DNA of 64,000 nt from Eledone cirrhosa (GCA_964016885.1 OZ024750.1:40362001-40426000); one strand, 5' to 3'; positions 43,401 through 56,207 are shown, counted from the first letter of the stretch. The notes: generated by a model not told the origin, from the letters alone. Program-made: numbers and translations.

Positions 43401-45203
43401 GAAAGAGATAGGGGAAGGATTGATCCCAGTAGTTGACTGCTACTTTTTTTATTAACCTCGGCAGGATTTGAACAGTGAGCCGGAACTAAGACTGCAAAGT
43501 ATTGTTTCTGACGTTCTGACGAATGGTAATTCGTCGCCTGACTGAAAGAAGTCTAAACATTTCCAGTATTCTTTGTTTAAATCTAGGTTGACCCAGATGG
43601 CAAAACATTGGCCCAGTCGTAACTTGAGTTAGAGCGACAGATTAAATGTGTTGAGGATCAGAGTTCAAATCCAGTAGAGATCAACTTGGCCATTTATCCT
43701 ATCGGGGTCAACAAATCTTTTGAATGTAGTGGGTTAATGAAGATTGTTAGAGCGTCGGACGGAATGCCTTGCAGCTTCTGTTCTGGGCCTGTACTTTGAG
43801 TAAAAAGAAAAGAATATATATCATCAAACTGGGTCAGCTAATATTAAAACACGAGATGATACTTCGTAAGAGGCCAACTAAACATAAAACAGGTGTGTGT
43901 GTGTGAAAACAAAAACCGTGTTTTAGTATATATTTCGGACAATTCTTCCTTTAAGAAACTTAAAATTTTAGTGAATTCAGCTATTTCTAGCATGTAAAAT
44001 GACCGTATTCGTTTTTTTTTTTCTTTAATGCCAGTGGAAAATACGTGTTTATATATACAATAAATGTATTTAAAAATAAACAAATATGGTGGCTGTTATT
44101 AAAAAAAAATTTACGAAGTCTTCGGTACAAATTTAAATTTATTACAAATGAATTGGATTAGAAAGCGGTTCTCAGTTTTCAATTGGACGATATAACTAAA
44201 TGAATAAAATGGAATCTGAATCTTTAGCCAGAATTAAATAGTGTAAAGCCACTAAGTAGGGGGAGATTTGATTGCTATTTCTAGCAGGTCAAGCGACCAC
44301 GAGGAAGCTCTACCCATGGCTAGTTATGTGTTAGTTACAGCCAACAAGGTTTTCATGAATCTGAACGACATTGGTATTAACTAGAATTCGACAATGGCTG
44401 ACAAAGTTTAAATACGGAGGACGTCATTTCTCAACGGTTTTCCAACGATTTATTTCGGAATCTGTTTTGTTTTTATCTTGAACCTTTTTTTTTTTTTTTT
44501 CGCCCATTGCTATGTATTTTCAATATCCTCTATGTATATTGGGGTCTAGAAAGTTCAACAGATGTCTTGAGTATAAATACTGCTTACAATTTCAGGTTTG
44601 CCAATCATCAAATACGAACAAAGCTTCTTTGTACGGGCTTTCATTTTATTTCGAATGTCATTACATTTCAGTGTCACAGTTTCGTTTTATTTCCGGGTAT
44701 ATCGGACCCTACTCTTTACCAATGCCAAAACTAACAATTTCCAGCAATTACTGGAAAGTATTCAAATTTGGTTAAGTTTTTGGAAGTTTCGGCGTTGAGT
44801 GAAATATCAGCCATCTCCATTAAAAGATGAAGTTCAGAGACCAACTTAGATACATATTGAACTTTGACCAGCTAGAGATCTGTTGAATCTGAATCAATGG
44901 AATAATGAATATCTGAAAAGATCATGGGAGGAGGGGGGGGGGGGTTAACCATCAAAGATCATTAGTTATTGATGTACAAAAGCGTCGTTCATATTTTGAA
45001 GTTAATATAGAACAATCCACAGGTTTTAAGTCTTGTGTTAAAGATTTGGGATTAATTATTCGTATTAACAAGCATAGTTAAATGTGAAACTATCTTGAAA
45101 TTTAGTATTTCATTTTCATCGATAACAGATAACAGTAGTAGTACTAAGATAAAAACAGTCAACAGTGATATAACAATATAAAAATATAAATATTTCAAAT
45201 ACA

Positions 45204-45935
45204 TCATAGATTATCATATTTATCCAATTTCTTATCAAGATAGATGGGGATTGACAGTAAGCAGAGATGGAAAACACTAGATATAACCCCGAATACAGAA
45301 ATACCAACTTGCAAAGAATTGGTATAAAAAACGTAACATTTGAGACAGTCGTTGCGGTAATAGTTGTATTTAGCGATGGCTTGGTAGCCACATCCTGGTG
45401 ATTTAGAAATACAACACGAATCAGGAAGATTATGGTCTCCCAAAATTCTAAACCATTCGTTCGGTGAATTAATGCCACAGCATTGCATTAGATTTTGAGT
45501 TGTGTTCCATGCGATTTGTGAAGTAGGGTCATTTATATAGTTCCTTTGAGCAGATTCCATGCGATTGTTAACTTCACCATGAACGTAATTTGTTGCTCCG
45601 ATACCAACAAAACCAGTGAGACACTGTGAAACTCCTAGTATTACTACGAAACATGTCATAACATTTAAGCCAAAGGTACTATTCGTTATCAACGAACCCA
45701 CACCAATTACTGCGAGGACGAAATAGATTATTCCTAAACATAGCAGAAAAATAGCAATAAGCTGGAAATGGCCACCAAATATATTTAAATCGCCACCGTA
45801 ATGAATTTGTATTATGATCCCAAATGCAGTGGAGAAGAAGGCACTACATAATAACAAAGAACTAAGAAGTCCAAAACAACATCTCGTGCAGCTTAGTGTC
45901 CATTGTCTCACGGTGTCTGTTGGAAGGTCAGCCAT
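45204..45935 (-). CDS. Intronless tetraspanin, 243 aa (left copy of the inverted pair)
   Basis: Four TM segments; AWNTTQNLMQCCG...EW...LPDSCC...PGCG...NDCLKC; C-terminal YDNL. Confidence 0.93.
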   Translation of the reverse strand: MADLPTDTVRQWTLSCTRCCFGLLSSLLLCSAFFSTAFGIIIQIHYGGDLNIFGGHFQLIAIFLLCLGIIYFVLAVIGVGSLITNSTFGLNVMTCFVVILGVSQCLTGFVGIGATNYVHGEVNNRMESAQRNYINDPTSQIAWNTTQNLMQCCGINSPNEWFRILGDHNLPDSCCISKSPGCGYQAIAKYNYYRNDCLKCYVFYTNSLQVGISVFGVISSVFHLCLLSIPIYLDKKLDKYDNL

Positions 45936-46397
45936 ATTGATTTTTCGAGTTGAATTGTTTTAATGGCTCTGTATCAGACGGCTGATATTTGTAATTGTAT
46001 AAGCTAATAGTCTCGCCTAATTTGTGAGGGGTTAATTTAAATATGAAAAGAATGTCTTGAAACAGTCGAAAAGGGGAGAATAAGATTATATATATATAGA
46101 GCGAGAGATGGGAGAGAGATAATATCTATAGAAGTCGGTAGGCAAGATCGATTCCAGAAGAATTCATTTGATATTAATTTTCAGAAATAGTTAACTTAAG
46201 TCTAGACACTATAAATAATATATTTCTTGGTTATTTCTGTTGTTATACCAGAAGAAATAGAGACCTGCCTTAGTTTCTAGATAAATCTCAAATAAGGTGA
46301 TTGACCTTGGACATTTTATGGTCTTTATATTAAAAGATGGATTTTTTTAACAATGAAAACTAAAGTCGGATATAGGTTGCTCTGTTTTCTTGTTTTT

Positions 46398-47000
46398 CCC
46401 TTCTTCGCCCATTTATTCCTGGGAGGGTCGTGGGGGCAGAGTCCTCAAACACTCCATCTAGCGGGTCCTGTCAGAAGCAACAGTCTCCAACTGATCCGAC
46501 TAGATCCCCCAAGCGTGGCCAGCCAAGCTCATGGATGTTATCCAACCATCTTACTCGGGGTTTATCCCTGAGTCTCTTACCTGTTGGTTTTGCCCATTAA
46601 ATCTGTCCAACGATTCTTTCCTGGGACATTCTAACCACATGTCCATAGTATCGGAGCTGTGATCTCTCAATTCGGAGAAGTAGCAGCTCTACCTGGAGTG
46701 ACTCTCCAGTGATTCTTTCCTGGGACATTCTAACCACATGTCTATATTATCACAGCTGTGATCTCTCAATTCGGTGAAGTAGCAGCTCTACCTGGAGTGA
46801 CTCTCCAGTGATTCTTTCCTGGGACATTCTAACCACATGTCTATATTATCACAGCTGTGATCTCTCAATTCGGTGAAGTAGCAGCTCTACCTGGAGTGAC
46901 TCTCCAGTGATCCTTTCCTGAGATATTCTAACCACATGTCCGTATTATCGGAGCTGTGATCCCTCAATTCGGAGAAGTAGCAGCTCTACATGGAGTGCTT
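46398..47000 (-). mobile_element. RTE-type LINE 3' fragment with a ~99 bp internal unit amplified x4
   Basis: Same sequence family as 25640-26030; tandem units from ~46612. The counterpart in the other arm (~49130-49390) has a single unit. Confidence 0.75.
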
Positions 47001-47495
47001 TGTTTTCATTGTTTAAAATACATATATATTTTTTACAACTCTGTAGCCTGTGTACATTCTTCAAAGTTACCTTATGCGACACATGGGCAACCACAAAAAC
47101 TAAAGCCCTAAAAGAATTGTCTTGATGAATCTACCAATAAAACTCTGTATTGAGTTCTATCAACATAATCTGTCTCACCTTAAATAGGTGAATATACAAC
47201 ATACATACACACACACACACACATATATATATATAACGCACCAGAGTACTCAATACTTAGGGTAGTAGAGTGGGTAATAGGAAAATGTATAACCCCGACG
47301 GCAGAGCTCCAGAAATAGCCGTCGAAACGGCTGGAGCTCTGCCGTCGGGGTTATACATTTTCATATATATATATGTGTATGTATGTATGTATGTTGTATA
47401 TTCACCTATTTAAGGTGGGACAGATTATGTTTATAGAACTCAATACAGAGTTTTATTGGTAGATTCATCAAGACAATTCTTTTATATATGTGTGT

Positions 47496-47545
<50 letters not shown>

Positions 47546-48120
47546 AAAAGAGTCAGAATCCCTGGTCCTGACTCTTTTCCTATTACCCACTCTACTACCC
47601 ACAGTATTGAGTACTCTGGTGCGTTATGGTCCACCTGGTTCCTTACCACACTTCCTTCGTTATATATATATATATATATGTAAAAGGTAAACAGAAATAA
47701 CAACACAATCGGTACAGTATATGGAAGGTATATATTAGGTTAACGCTTGAAATAGCAGGAAAAGGGTCTGAACGTTTCGGACGCTGGTCAACAAAGAAAG
47801 TGTGGTAAAAAACCAGGTGGACCATAATGCACCTGAGTACTCGATACTTAAGTTAGTAGAGTGGGTAATAGGAAAAGAGTCAGGACACCAACGGCTGAGC
47901 TCCGGCCGTTTCGACACCTAGATCCAAACTCAGTTCGGATCTACCAAACTACTAAAACACATATATATTTGTATATGGCCTACAATTTATGTACATGTTA
48001 TGTTTATAACATATCGAAGTTTTCTTACCATTTAAGAGTGCAAAGAGCTAAACTAATCACTACAACTAAATTGACCAAATTTATCCCACCCCACACAATT
48101 CAGAAATGCTTCCAGCGCCC

Positions 48121-48183
<63 letters not shown>

Positions 48184-48354
48184 AAAAAGAGATGAAATCG
48201 AAAATGCAACTGGAGTCTTATTTTTTTAAAAAATATATATATTTATTTGGTTCCTTTACCGGTTTCGCAGTTCTTCTACTTTTCAAAAGGTGAGCTGAGA
48301 TGGAGGGTCTGTGGTTTTTCTCGGTTATTTTTTATTTTGTAAAAAATCCCTCAC

Positions 48355-48433
<79 letters not shown>

Positions 48434-48569
48434 ACACTGGAAGGTATTATCCGTAGCGGTAGAGCACTCAGTCCATGGGACGAGTTTGGTAGAAGTAGTA
48501 ACACAACGGTTAGTTCACCACACCGAGAACAATTGTTTCACCTTATGCGGATCTTCAGTAATACCAGTC

Positions 48570-48608
48570 CGAGCTGAAGATCTGCATAAGGTGAAACAAC
48601 TGTTCTCG
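48570..48608 (+). ncRNA. Minimal type I hammerhead ribozyme
   Basis: cgag CTGAAGA tctgcataaggt GAAAC aact GTT ctcg. The inverted partner at ~48524-48558 has a palindromic AATT loop. Stem II is weak. Confidence 0.6.
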
Positions 48609-48637
48609 CTGTGGTGAACTAACCGGTTGTGTTACTA

Positions 48638-48701
<64 letters not shown>

Positions 48702-48706
48702 TGTAT

Positions 48707-48946
48707 ATATATGAATGTATATATATAGTGTATTTTGCAATACACTGTATGCTTAATTAAAATAATTTCGAAGACCTTATGCTATTGTTTTAGAGTAGTG
48801 ACAGTCTCACTTACTTTAATTTTCAGCAAAATTAAAGTAAGTGAGACTGTCACTACTCTAAAACAATAGCATAAGGTCTTCGAAATTATTTTAATTAAGC
48901 ATACAGTGTATTGCAAAATACACTATATATACATTCATATATATAT
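48707..48946. repeat. Near-perfect palindrome (~115 bp arms, 4 nt loop)
   Basis: ...cttactttaatttt cagc aaaattaaagtaag... Confidence 0.92.
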
Positions 48947-49665
48947 CGTTATTTCAGAGCACCAATTCTAATTTTTTTTTAATATATATATATATATAAT
49001 TTGATGAATTTACCAATACAGCGTATTGGTAAATTCATTAAGATAATGCTTTTAGGGCTTTAGTTTTTGTGGCAGACCATATGTAACATAAGTTATAAAA
49101 AATATATGTATTTTCAACAATGAAAACAAAGCACTCCAGGTAGAGCCCAACTTCTCCGATTTGAGAGATCACAGATCCGGTACTATGGGAATGCGGTTAG
49201 AATGTCTCAGGAAAGAATCACCGGAGAGTCACTCCAGGTAGACCCCGAGAAAGATGGTTGGATAATATCCATGAGCTTGGCTGGTAACACTTGGGGATAC
49301 AGCCGGATCAGTTGGAGACTGTTGCTTCTGACAGGACCTGCTGGAAGGAGTGTTTGAGGGACTCTGCCCCCACGACCCTCCCAAGAAGAAAACAGAGCAA
49401 CCTTTCTCCGACTTTTGTTTTCATTGTTCAAAGAATCCATCTTTTAATATAAAGACCATAAAATGTCCAAGGTCAATCACCTTATTTGAGATTTATCTAG
49501 AAACTAAGGCAGGTCTCTATTTCTTCTGGTATAACAACAGAAATAACCAAGAAATATATTATTTATAGTGTCTAGACTTAAGTTAACTATTTCTGAAAAT
49601 TAATATCAAATGAATTTTTCTGGAATCGATCTTGCCTACCGACTTCTATAGATATTATCTCTCTC

Positions 49666-49746
<81 letters not shown>

Positions 49747-49784
49747 ATTAAATAAATGGAAAACTATATTTATAAAACCATATC

Positions 49785-49850
49785 TATTTCATTATATATA
49801 TTTCGGGGATATCATATTAACAATATGCTATGCCTTCATCAGACAAAATA
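49785..49850 (-). ncRNA. Type I hammerhead ribozyme (same family as 2114-2179)
   Basis: tattttgt CTGATGA aggcatagcatatt-gtt-aatatgatatcccc GAAA t-atat-a TA atgaaata. Confidence 0.72.
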
Positions 49851-50141
49851 CAATATAAACAGTTTTATAGATAACAATTTTAAATATAACTTTACATGTA
49901 TATATATATATATACATGTATATATATATATATACATACATATATATATATACATATAATATATATATATACATATAAATATAATATATATATAATATAT
50001 ATAATATATATATATAATACATATATATATAATATATATAATATATATAATATATATATAATACATATAAATATAATATATATATAATATATATATACAT
50101 ATATATATACATATAAATATATATACATTTAAATATAACTT

Positions 50142-50185
<44 letters not shown>

Positions 50186-50292
50186 CATGCATGTATGTAA
50201 TCTTATTCTCCCCTTTTCGACTGTTTCAAGACATTCTTTTCATATTTAAATTAACCCCTCACAAATTAGGCGAGACTATTAGCTTATACAAT

Positions 50293-50303
50293 TATAAATA
50301 CCA
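50293..50303 (+). promoter_or_regulatory. Candidate TATA box TATAAATACCA
   Basis: 58 bp upstream of ATG 50351; the same 11-mer occurs at 30360, upstream of the 30496 gene. Confidence 0.45.
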
Positions 50304-50350
50304 GCCGTCTGATACAGAGCCATTAAAACAATAGAACTCGAAAAATCAAT

Positions 50351-51091
50351 ATGGCAGACCTTTCAGCAGACGCCGTGAGACAATGGAAGCTAAGCTGCAC
50401 GAGATGTTGTTTCGCACTTCTTAGTTCTTTGCTATTATGTAGTGCCTTCTTCGCCATTGCATTTGGGAGCATACTACAAATTCATTACGGTGGAGATTTA
50501 AATATATTTGGAGGCCATTTCCAGCTTATTGCTATTTTTCTGCTATGTTTAGGAATAATCTACTTCGTCATCGCAGTAATTGGTGTGGGTTCGTTGATAA
50601 TGAAGAGTACTGTTGGCTTAACTGTTATGGCATGTTTTGTAATAATACTAGCAGTTTCACAGTGTCTTATTGGTTTTATTGGTATCGGAGCAACACGCTA
50701 TGTTCAGGGTGCTGTTAAAAATCGCATGGAATCTGCTCAAAGGAACTATATAAATGACTCTACTTCACAAATCGCATGGAACACAACTCAAAATCTAATG
50801 AAATGCTGTGGCATTAATTCACCGAACGAATGGTTTAGAATTTTGGGAGACCATAATCTTCCTGATTCGTGTTGTATTTCTAAATCGCCAGGATGTGGCT
50901 ACGAAGCCATTGCTGAAGACAACTATTACCACAACGACTGTCTCAAATGTTACGTTTTTTATACCAATTTTTTCCAACTTGGTATTTCTGTATTCGGGGT
51001 TATATCTAGTGTCTTCTATCTCTGCATACTATCAATCCCGATCCATCTTGAAAAGAAATTGGATAAAGATGATAATCTAGGACATATTTGA
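50351..51091 (+). CDS. Intronless tetraspanin, 246 aa (right copy of the inverted pair)
   Basis: About 85% aa identity to 45204..45935 (37 differences over 243 aa by manual count); same Cys pattern. Confidence 0.93.
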   Translation: MADLSADAVRQWKLSCTRCCFALLSSLLLCSAFFAIAFGSILQIHYGGDLNIFGGHFQLIAIFLLCLGIIYFVIAVIGVGSLIMKSTVGLTVMACFVIILAVSQCLIGFIGIGATRYVQGAVKNRMESAQRNYINDSTSQIAWNTTQNLMKCCGINSPNEWFRILGDHNLPDSCCISKSPGCGYEAIAEDNYYHNDCLKCYVFYTNFFQLGISVFGVISSVFYLCILSIPIHLEKKLDKDDNLGHI

Positions 51092-51643
51092 AATATTTAT
51101 TATATTTTTATATTGTTATATCACTGTTGACTGTTTTTATCTTAGTACTACTACTGTTATCGATGAAAATGAAATACTATATTTCAAGATAGTTTCACTT
51201 TTATCTATGCTTGTTAATACGAATAATTAATCCCAAATCTTTAACACGAAACTTAAAAACTGTGGATTGTTCTATATTAACTTTAAAATATGAACGACGC
51301 TTTTGTACACCAATAACTAATGATCTTTGATGGTTAACCCCCCCCCCCCCCCCTCCTCCCATGATTTGTTTCTGCTGGGATTACTTTTCCAACGGCAAAT
51401 ATTGCTCTCCGATTAAGTCGGATCAATTTCAAGACAACTGGTGATCCATTTTTTTTTTTTTTTTTTTTTTTGGTCGCCAAATTAAATCTGGTTATGTTTC
51501 ATATAACACTTTACTTACAAAGAACTCAATACTTGGCTGTTTGTATTCCATTTATTTTACTAGTTTAATTTGGTATATAGTTTCTGCCATACCAATTCTT
51601 ATGGAATCATATTCAATGAACAATTACTACCAATAGAATTACC

Positions 51644-51687
<44 letters not shown>

Positions 51688-51708
51688 TATAATATATATA
51701 TAATATAT

Positions 51709-51745
<37 letters not shown>

Positions 51746-53539
51746 TATATAATATATATATAATATATATATAATATATTATATAATATATTATATAATA
51801 TATATATAATATATATATAATATATTATATTATATATATATATATAATATATTATATTATATATATATAATATATATATAATATATTATATTATATATAT
51901 ATAATATATATATAATATATTATATTATATATATATATATATATATATAATGCTTCAAACAGCACGAACTCTAATCTAAACATTCTGTTCAGATATTCAT
52001 TATTCCATTATGATTGATTCAACAGATCTCTAGCTGGTCAAAGTTCAATATGTATCTAAGTTGGTCTCTGAACTTCATCCTTTAATGGAGATGGCTGATA
52101 TTTCACTCAACGCAGAAACTTCCAAAAACTTAACCAAATTTGAATACTTTCCAGTAATTGCTGGAAATTGTTAGTTTTGGCATTGGTAAAGAGTAGGGTC
52201 CGAAAATAAAACGAAACTCTGTGACACTGAAATGTAATGACATTCGAAATAAAATGAAAGCCCGTACAAAGAAGCTTTGTTCGTATTTGATGGTTGGCGA
52301 ACCTGAAATTGTAAGCAGTATTTATACTCAAGACATCTGTTGAGAACTTTCTAGACCCCAATATACATAGAGGATATTGAAAATACATAGCAATGGGCGA
52401 AAAAAAAAAAAAAAAGGTTCAAGATAAAAACAAAACATTCAGAAATAAATCGTTGGAAAACCGTTGAGAAATGACGTCCTCCGTATTTAAACTTTGTCAG
52501 CCATTGTCGAACTCTAGTTAATACCAATGTCGTTCAGATTCATGACAACCTTGTTGGCTGTAACTAACACATAACTAGCCATGGGTAGAGCTTCCTCGTG
52601 GTCGCTTGACCTGCTAGAAATAGCAATCAAATTTCCCCCTACTTAGTGGCCCTATCTTAAATAGGGAAGACGCGCACAATATTTCTGGCTAAAGATTCAG
52701 ATTCCATTTTATTCATTTAGTTATATCGTCCAGTTGAAAACTGAGAACCGCTTTCTAATCCAATTCACGGCTGACATGAAATTCATTTGTAATAAATTTA
52801 AATTTGTACCAAAGACTTCGTAAATTTTTTTTTTTTAATAACTGTAATGTCTTGAGCTGTAATTTTAATAATAGCAACCATATTTGTTTATTTTTAAATA
52901 AATTTATTGTACACATAAACACGTATTTTCCACTGGTATTACCGATTTAAACAAAAGAATACTGAAAATGGTTAGACTTCTTTCAGGAAATTACTGGCTT
53001 AATCTTTGATTTGACGAATATATACACCTCCAAGCCGGCGAATTACCATTCGTTAGAACGTCAGATACAATACTTTGCAGTCTTAGTTCCGGTTCACTGT
53101 TCAAATCCTGCCGAGGTCAACTTTGCCTTTCATCCTTTCAAGATCGATAAAGAAGTAGCGGTCAACTACTGGGATCGATCCTTCCCCTATCTCCTTCTCA
53201 CTCCCGTTCTCACTTTCAAGGACGGTGGATTGGCAGTATCGGTAAAGGGTCAGACGCCATGCTTTGACGCATAGTTATGGCCTTTGCCATTCTGAGTTCA
53301 AATCCCGCCGAGGTTAACTTTGCCTTTCATCCTTACGGGGTCGATAAAATAAAGTATCAGTAATGTATTGGGATAATTACTGGCCTTGTGCCAAAAGTAG
53401 AAACAATTATCTCGCTTTCTATATTTCTCTGGAAGAAATCTGTATTTAGACCTGGAGAGACGGATGGTCCCCCCCCCCCCCGGTTTAAATCGTGCACTAG
53501 AAACGGCGTATGTTAATACGGCACCGCTATGGCTCTTGG

Positions 53540-53860
53540 TTTAGTGGTTAGAACATTGGGCTTGCAATCGGGAGGTTGAGTTCGCATCTCGGACCGGGTG
53601 ATGCGTTGTCTTTGAGCAAGACGCTTTATTTCACGTCGCTCCGGTTTACTCGGCTGTCGACTTGAGTAACGACGTCACTGGTGCTAAATTGTATCGGCCA
53701 TTGCCTTTCCTTTGGACAACATAAGTGGCGTGGAGAGGGACAACTGGTATGCATGGGTGACTGCTGGTCATCCACAAACATCCTTGCTCGGACTTGTTCC
53801 TCAGAGAGGAACTTTCTAAATACAAATCCCTTGGTCATTCGTGACCGAAGGGGGTCATCA
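53540..53860 (+). mobile_element. tRNA-derived SINE family C
   Basis: Head tagtggttaga...gagttc, then gtc(c/t)ttgagcaagac(a/g)cttta. Related copies at 54325-54510(+) and 58420-58610(-), plus a tail at ~57705-57860(-). Confidence 0.7.
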
Positions 53861-53869
53861 CCGTTACCT

Positions 53870-53906
<37 letters not shown>

Positions 53907-54881
53907 AGCTCCTACAGGAATTACGGGACCATACCATACTCCTCTAGCCCCAAAAGAATATCACCTAACTTTGTTTGAAAAATTCATCTCCACCTTTTCT
54001 CATCCATATTCAAACCTAAAGTAGTTTACAATTGTTCGTTATGGAGATTATTTTAAATATTTCGAGAGAACAGTCGGCATATTTTGTGGCATCGAAGAAA
54101 CTCCAACGCCATGAACGACCCCCACCACAATTCTGTCATTAAATTTTGAAAAATAAGTTTAACACAAAATAACTTTCACCCAACATGATCCAACCTTCGA
54201 CCTCCAAGATATATATTTCAAGTTTTCTCCCGACAAAGCTGTATACATATAAGTATGTGAACTTCGTATATCTAATGATACACGAAATTTATATATATAT
54301 ATATATAAATATTTAGTGAAAGCTGAGTGGTTAGAGAATTGGCTTCGCAATCGTGAGGTTGTGAGTTCAATTCCTGGACCAGGCGATGCGTTATGTCCTT
54401 GAGCAAGACACTTTATTTCACCTTGCTCCTTCTTCCTGGAGTTGCGACCGATAGATAGTATTAGCAATTGGAAAGACCAACGGAAACATTGTTTCCTCGG
54501 TCCGATTTGACGAAAGTCGATCGCTCCTTAAAATATATATATGTATTAACGAAGATCACTCAACAAATCTAGTGAATTGCAGTTATGCAGCTGCAATCAT
54601 CTGTTCAGTGCACGTAGTTTTACTGTAGGGCATTGGCTATGTTTTTAATTGGGGATGGATGTTATATATACATTTTATTTACGTTGTCTGGTTTCACTAA
54701 TAGAGTTTGTCCAATATGTCACGTAGTGGAATCGAACGCAGAGCTTCATGATCACACCAATAGGTGAACATCACTAAATATTCTACTGAATGACATACGT
54801 TAAAAAAGACTTTATAAAGGAGAAAGAAAACAAAACCGAGCTGTTGTTGATAGTGACTACCTCAAGAAATCGAGACTAAAC

Positions 54882-55000
54882 AACAAATGCCATATCACGC
54901 TGAAAACACCGGTTCTCGTCCGATCACCGAAGTTGAGCAACGTCGATCCTGGTTAGTACTTAGATGGGTGACCGCTTGGGAAACCAAGCTGCTTACAGCA
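54882..55000 (+). pseudogene. 5S rRNA-derived copy (pseudogene or SINE head)
   Basis: ccatatcacgctgaaaacaccggttctcgtccgatcaccgaagttgagcaacgtcg...ggttagtacttagatgggtgaccgcttgggaa matches the metazoan 5S core. The terminal stem is degenerate and the copy is single, not an array. Confidence 0.88.
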
Positions 55001-55844
55001 GCTATGTTTCCCCTCTGTCAATGGGGCGCAGCACTTTTGCCCTCTTGCCCTAGGCCCACATCCAATCACCCTTTCCGTCACCCCTCTCTTCTACGACACC
55101 AGGGCTCTTGTCACCCCCCCCCCGCCTTCCCGATCCTTTGCTTCTTTCTCTCTTTTTTTTCTATATATTTTTCTATATTTCTCTATTCTTTCTTTCCTTT
55201 TGTTTCCCCTTTTATATTATTTCTATATTAAAAATAAACGTATTATTTACAAAAAAAAAAAAAAAAAAAATTATGCTTAAAGGAAAACATATTTTCTTTG
55301 TTAGCAGGGAACTGTGACAGTAATAGACAAGATTTATAGTCTTATTGGATATCACACAAACCCGCTTCTTCGGCAGACTAGTTTTTATAAATAGGGAAAA
55401 AAGGGTTACGAAGATTCTGGGCTGGTAATAATTTGAACAAGGTTTTTTTTTAAAATTAATTTAGTCAAGGGAAATATGTCTGGTTTCATAATATACTGGA
55501 GACAGACATCGTCAAAAGTCAATACAATAAAATTCTAATGTAATGAAAATAATTGTTTCTACTTTAGGCACAAGGCCAGCAATTACCCAGTGCATTACTG
55601 GTACTTTATTTTATCGACCCCGTAAGGATGAAAGGCAAAGTCAACCTCGGCGGGATTTGAACTCGGATCATAAAGGGACGTAACTATGCTGGAAAGCATG
55701 GCGTCCGACCCTCTACCGATACTGCCAATACACCGAAAATAATATGTGTAGTTTGGATATCGGTGGAAAGAAAAAACCACACGCACGCACTCACTCACTC
55801 ACTCACTCACTCACTCACTCACTCTCTCTCTCTCTTCACATATG

Positions 55845-56110
55845 GCATTTCTTGGACATTTTAAACTTCGTGGGGCCCATCCCTTCCCGGGCCTGAATAC
55901 AGCAGATTTCTTCCAGAGAAAGATAAAAAATGAGAGAATGGAAGTGAGAAAGAGAAAGAATCGACCCCATTACTAGACTGGTACTTTCTTTATCGACCCG
56001 GAAAGGATGAAAAGCAAAGTTGACCTCGGCGGGATTTGAACTCAGAGAGCTGAAACAAATACCACAAAACTTTTTATACGACGTTCTAACGACTCTGACA
56101 ATTCGCCACC
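55845..56110 (-). mobile_element. SINE family B (shares the central domain with family A, different 3' tail)
   Basis: Shared ctttcatcc...gtcgataa...gtaccag core followed by a ctctggaagaaatctgctgtattcag tail. Other copies at ~19770-20000, 40270-40580, 40930-41190, 43300-43540, 53030-53490, 57870-58200 and 59955-60450. Confidence 0.7.
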
Positions 56111-56118
56111 TCATATAC

Positions 56119-56172
<54 letters not shown>

Positions 56173-56207
56173 GTGTGTGTATATATATGTGTGTGTGTAT
56201 ATATATA

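Larger units (their letters stand above)
43258..53548. repeat. ~10 kb inverted segmental duplication carrying the head-to-head tetraspanin pair
   Basis: Arms ~43258-47140 and ~49020-53548 are reverse complements (e.g. 44030-44915 with 51988-52937; 46110-46345 with 49435-49670), apart from arm-specific insertions. Confidence 0.92.

Noticed and set aside
44507-44798. Short ORFs duplicated at 52107-52388
   Set aside because: Similarity is explained by the inverted duplication; frames differ between arms and no domain is recognisable.
54325-54390. tRNA gene
   Set aside because: A/B-box-like sequence runs directly into a SINE body repeated elsewhere; no clean cloverleaf.
54882-55000. Functional 5S rRNA gene
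   Set aside because: Isolated copy with a diverged terminal helix and no T-run terminator.
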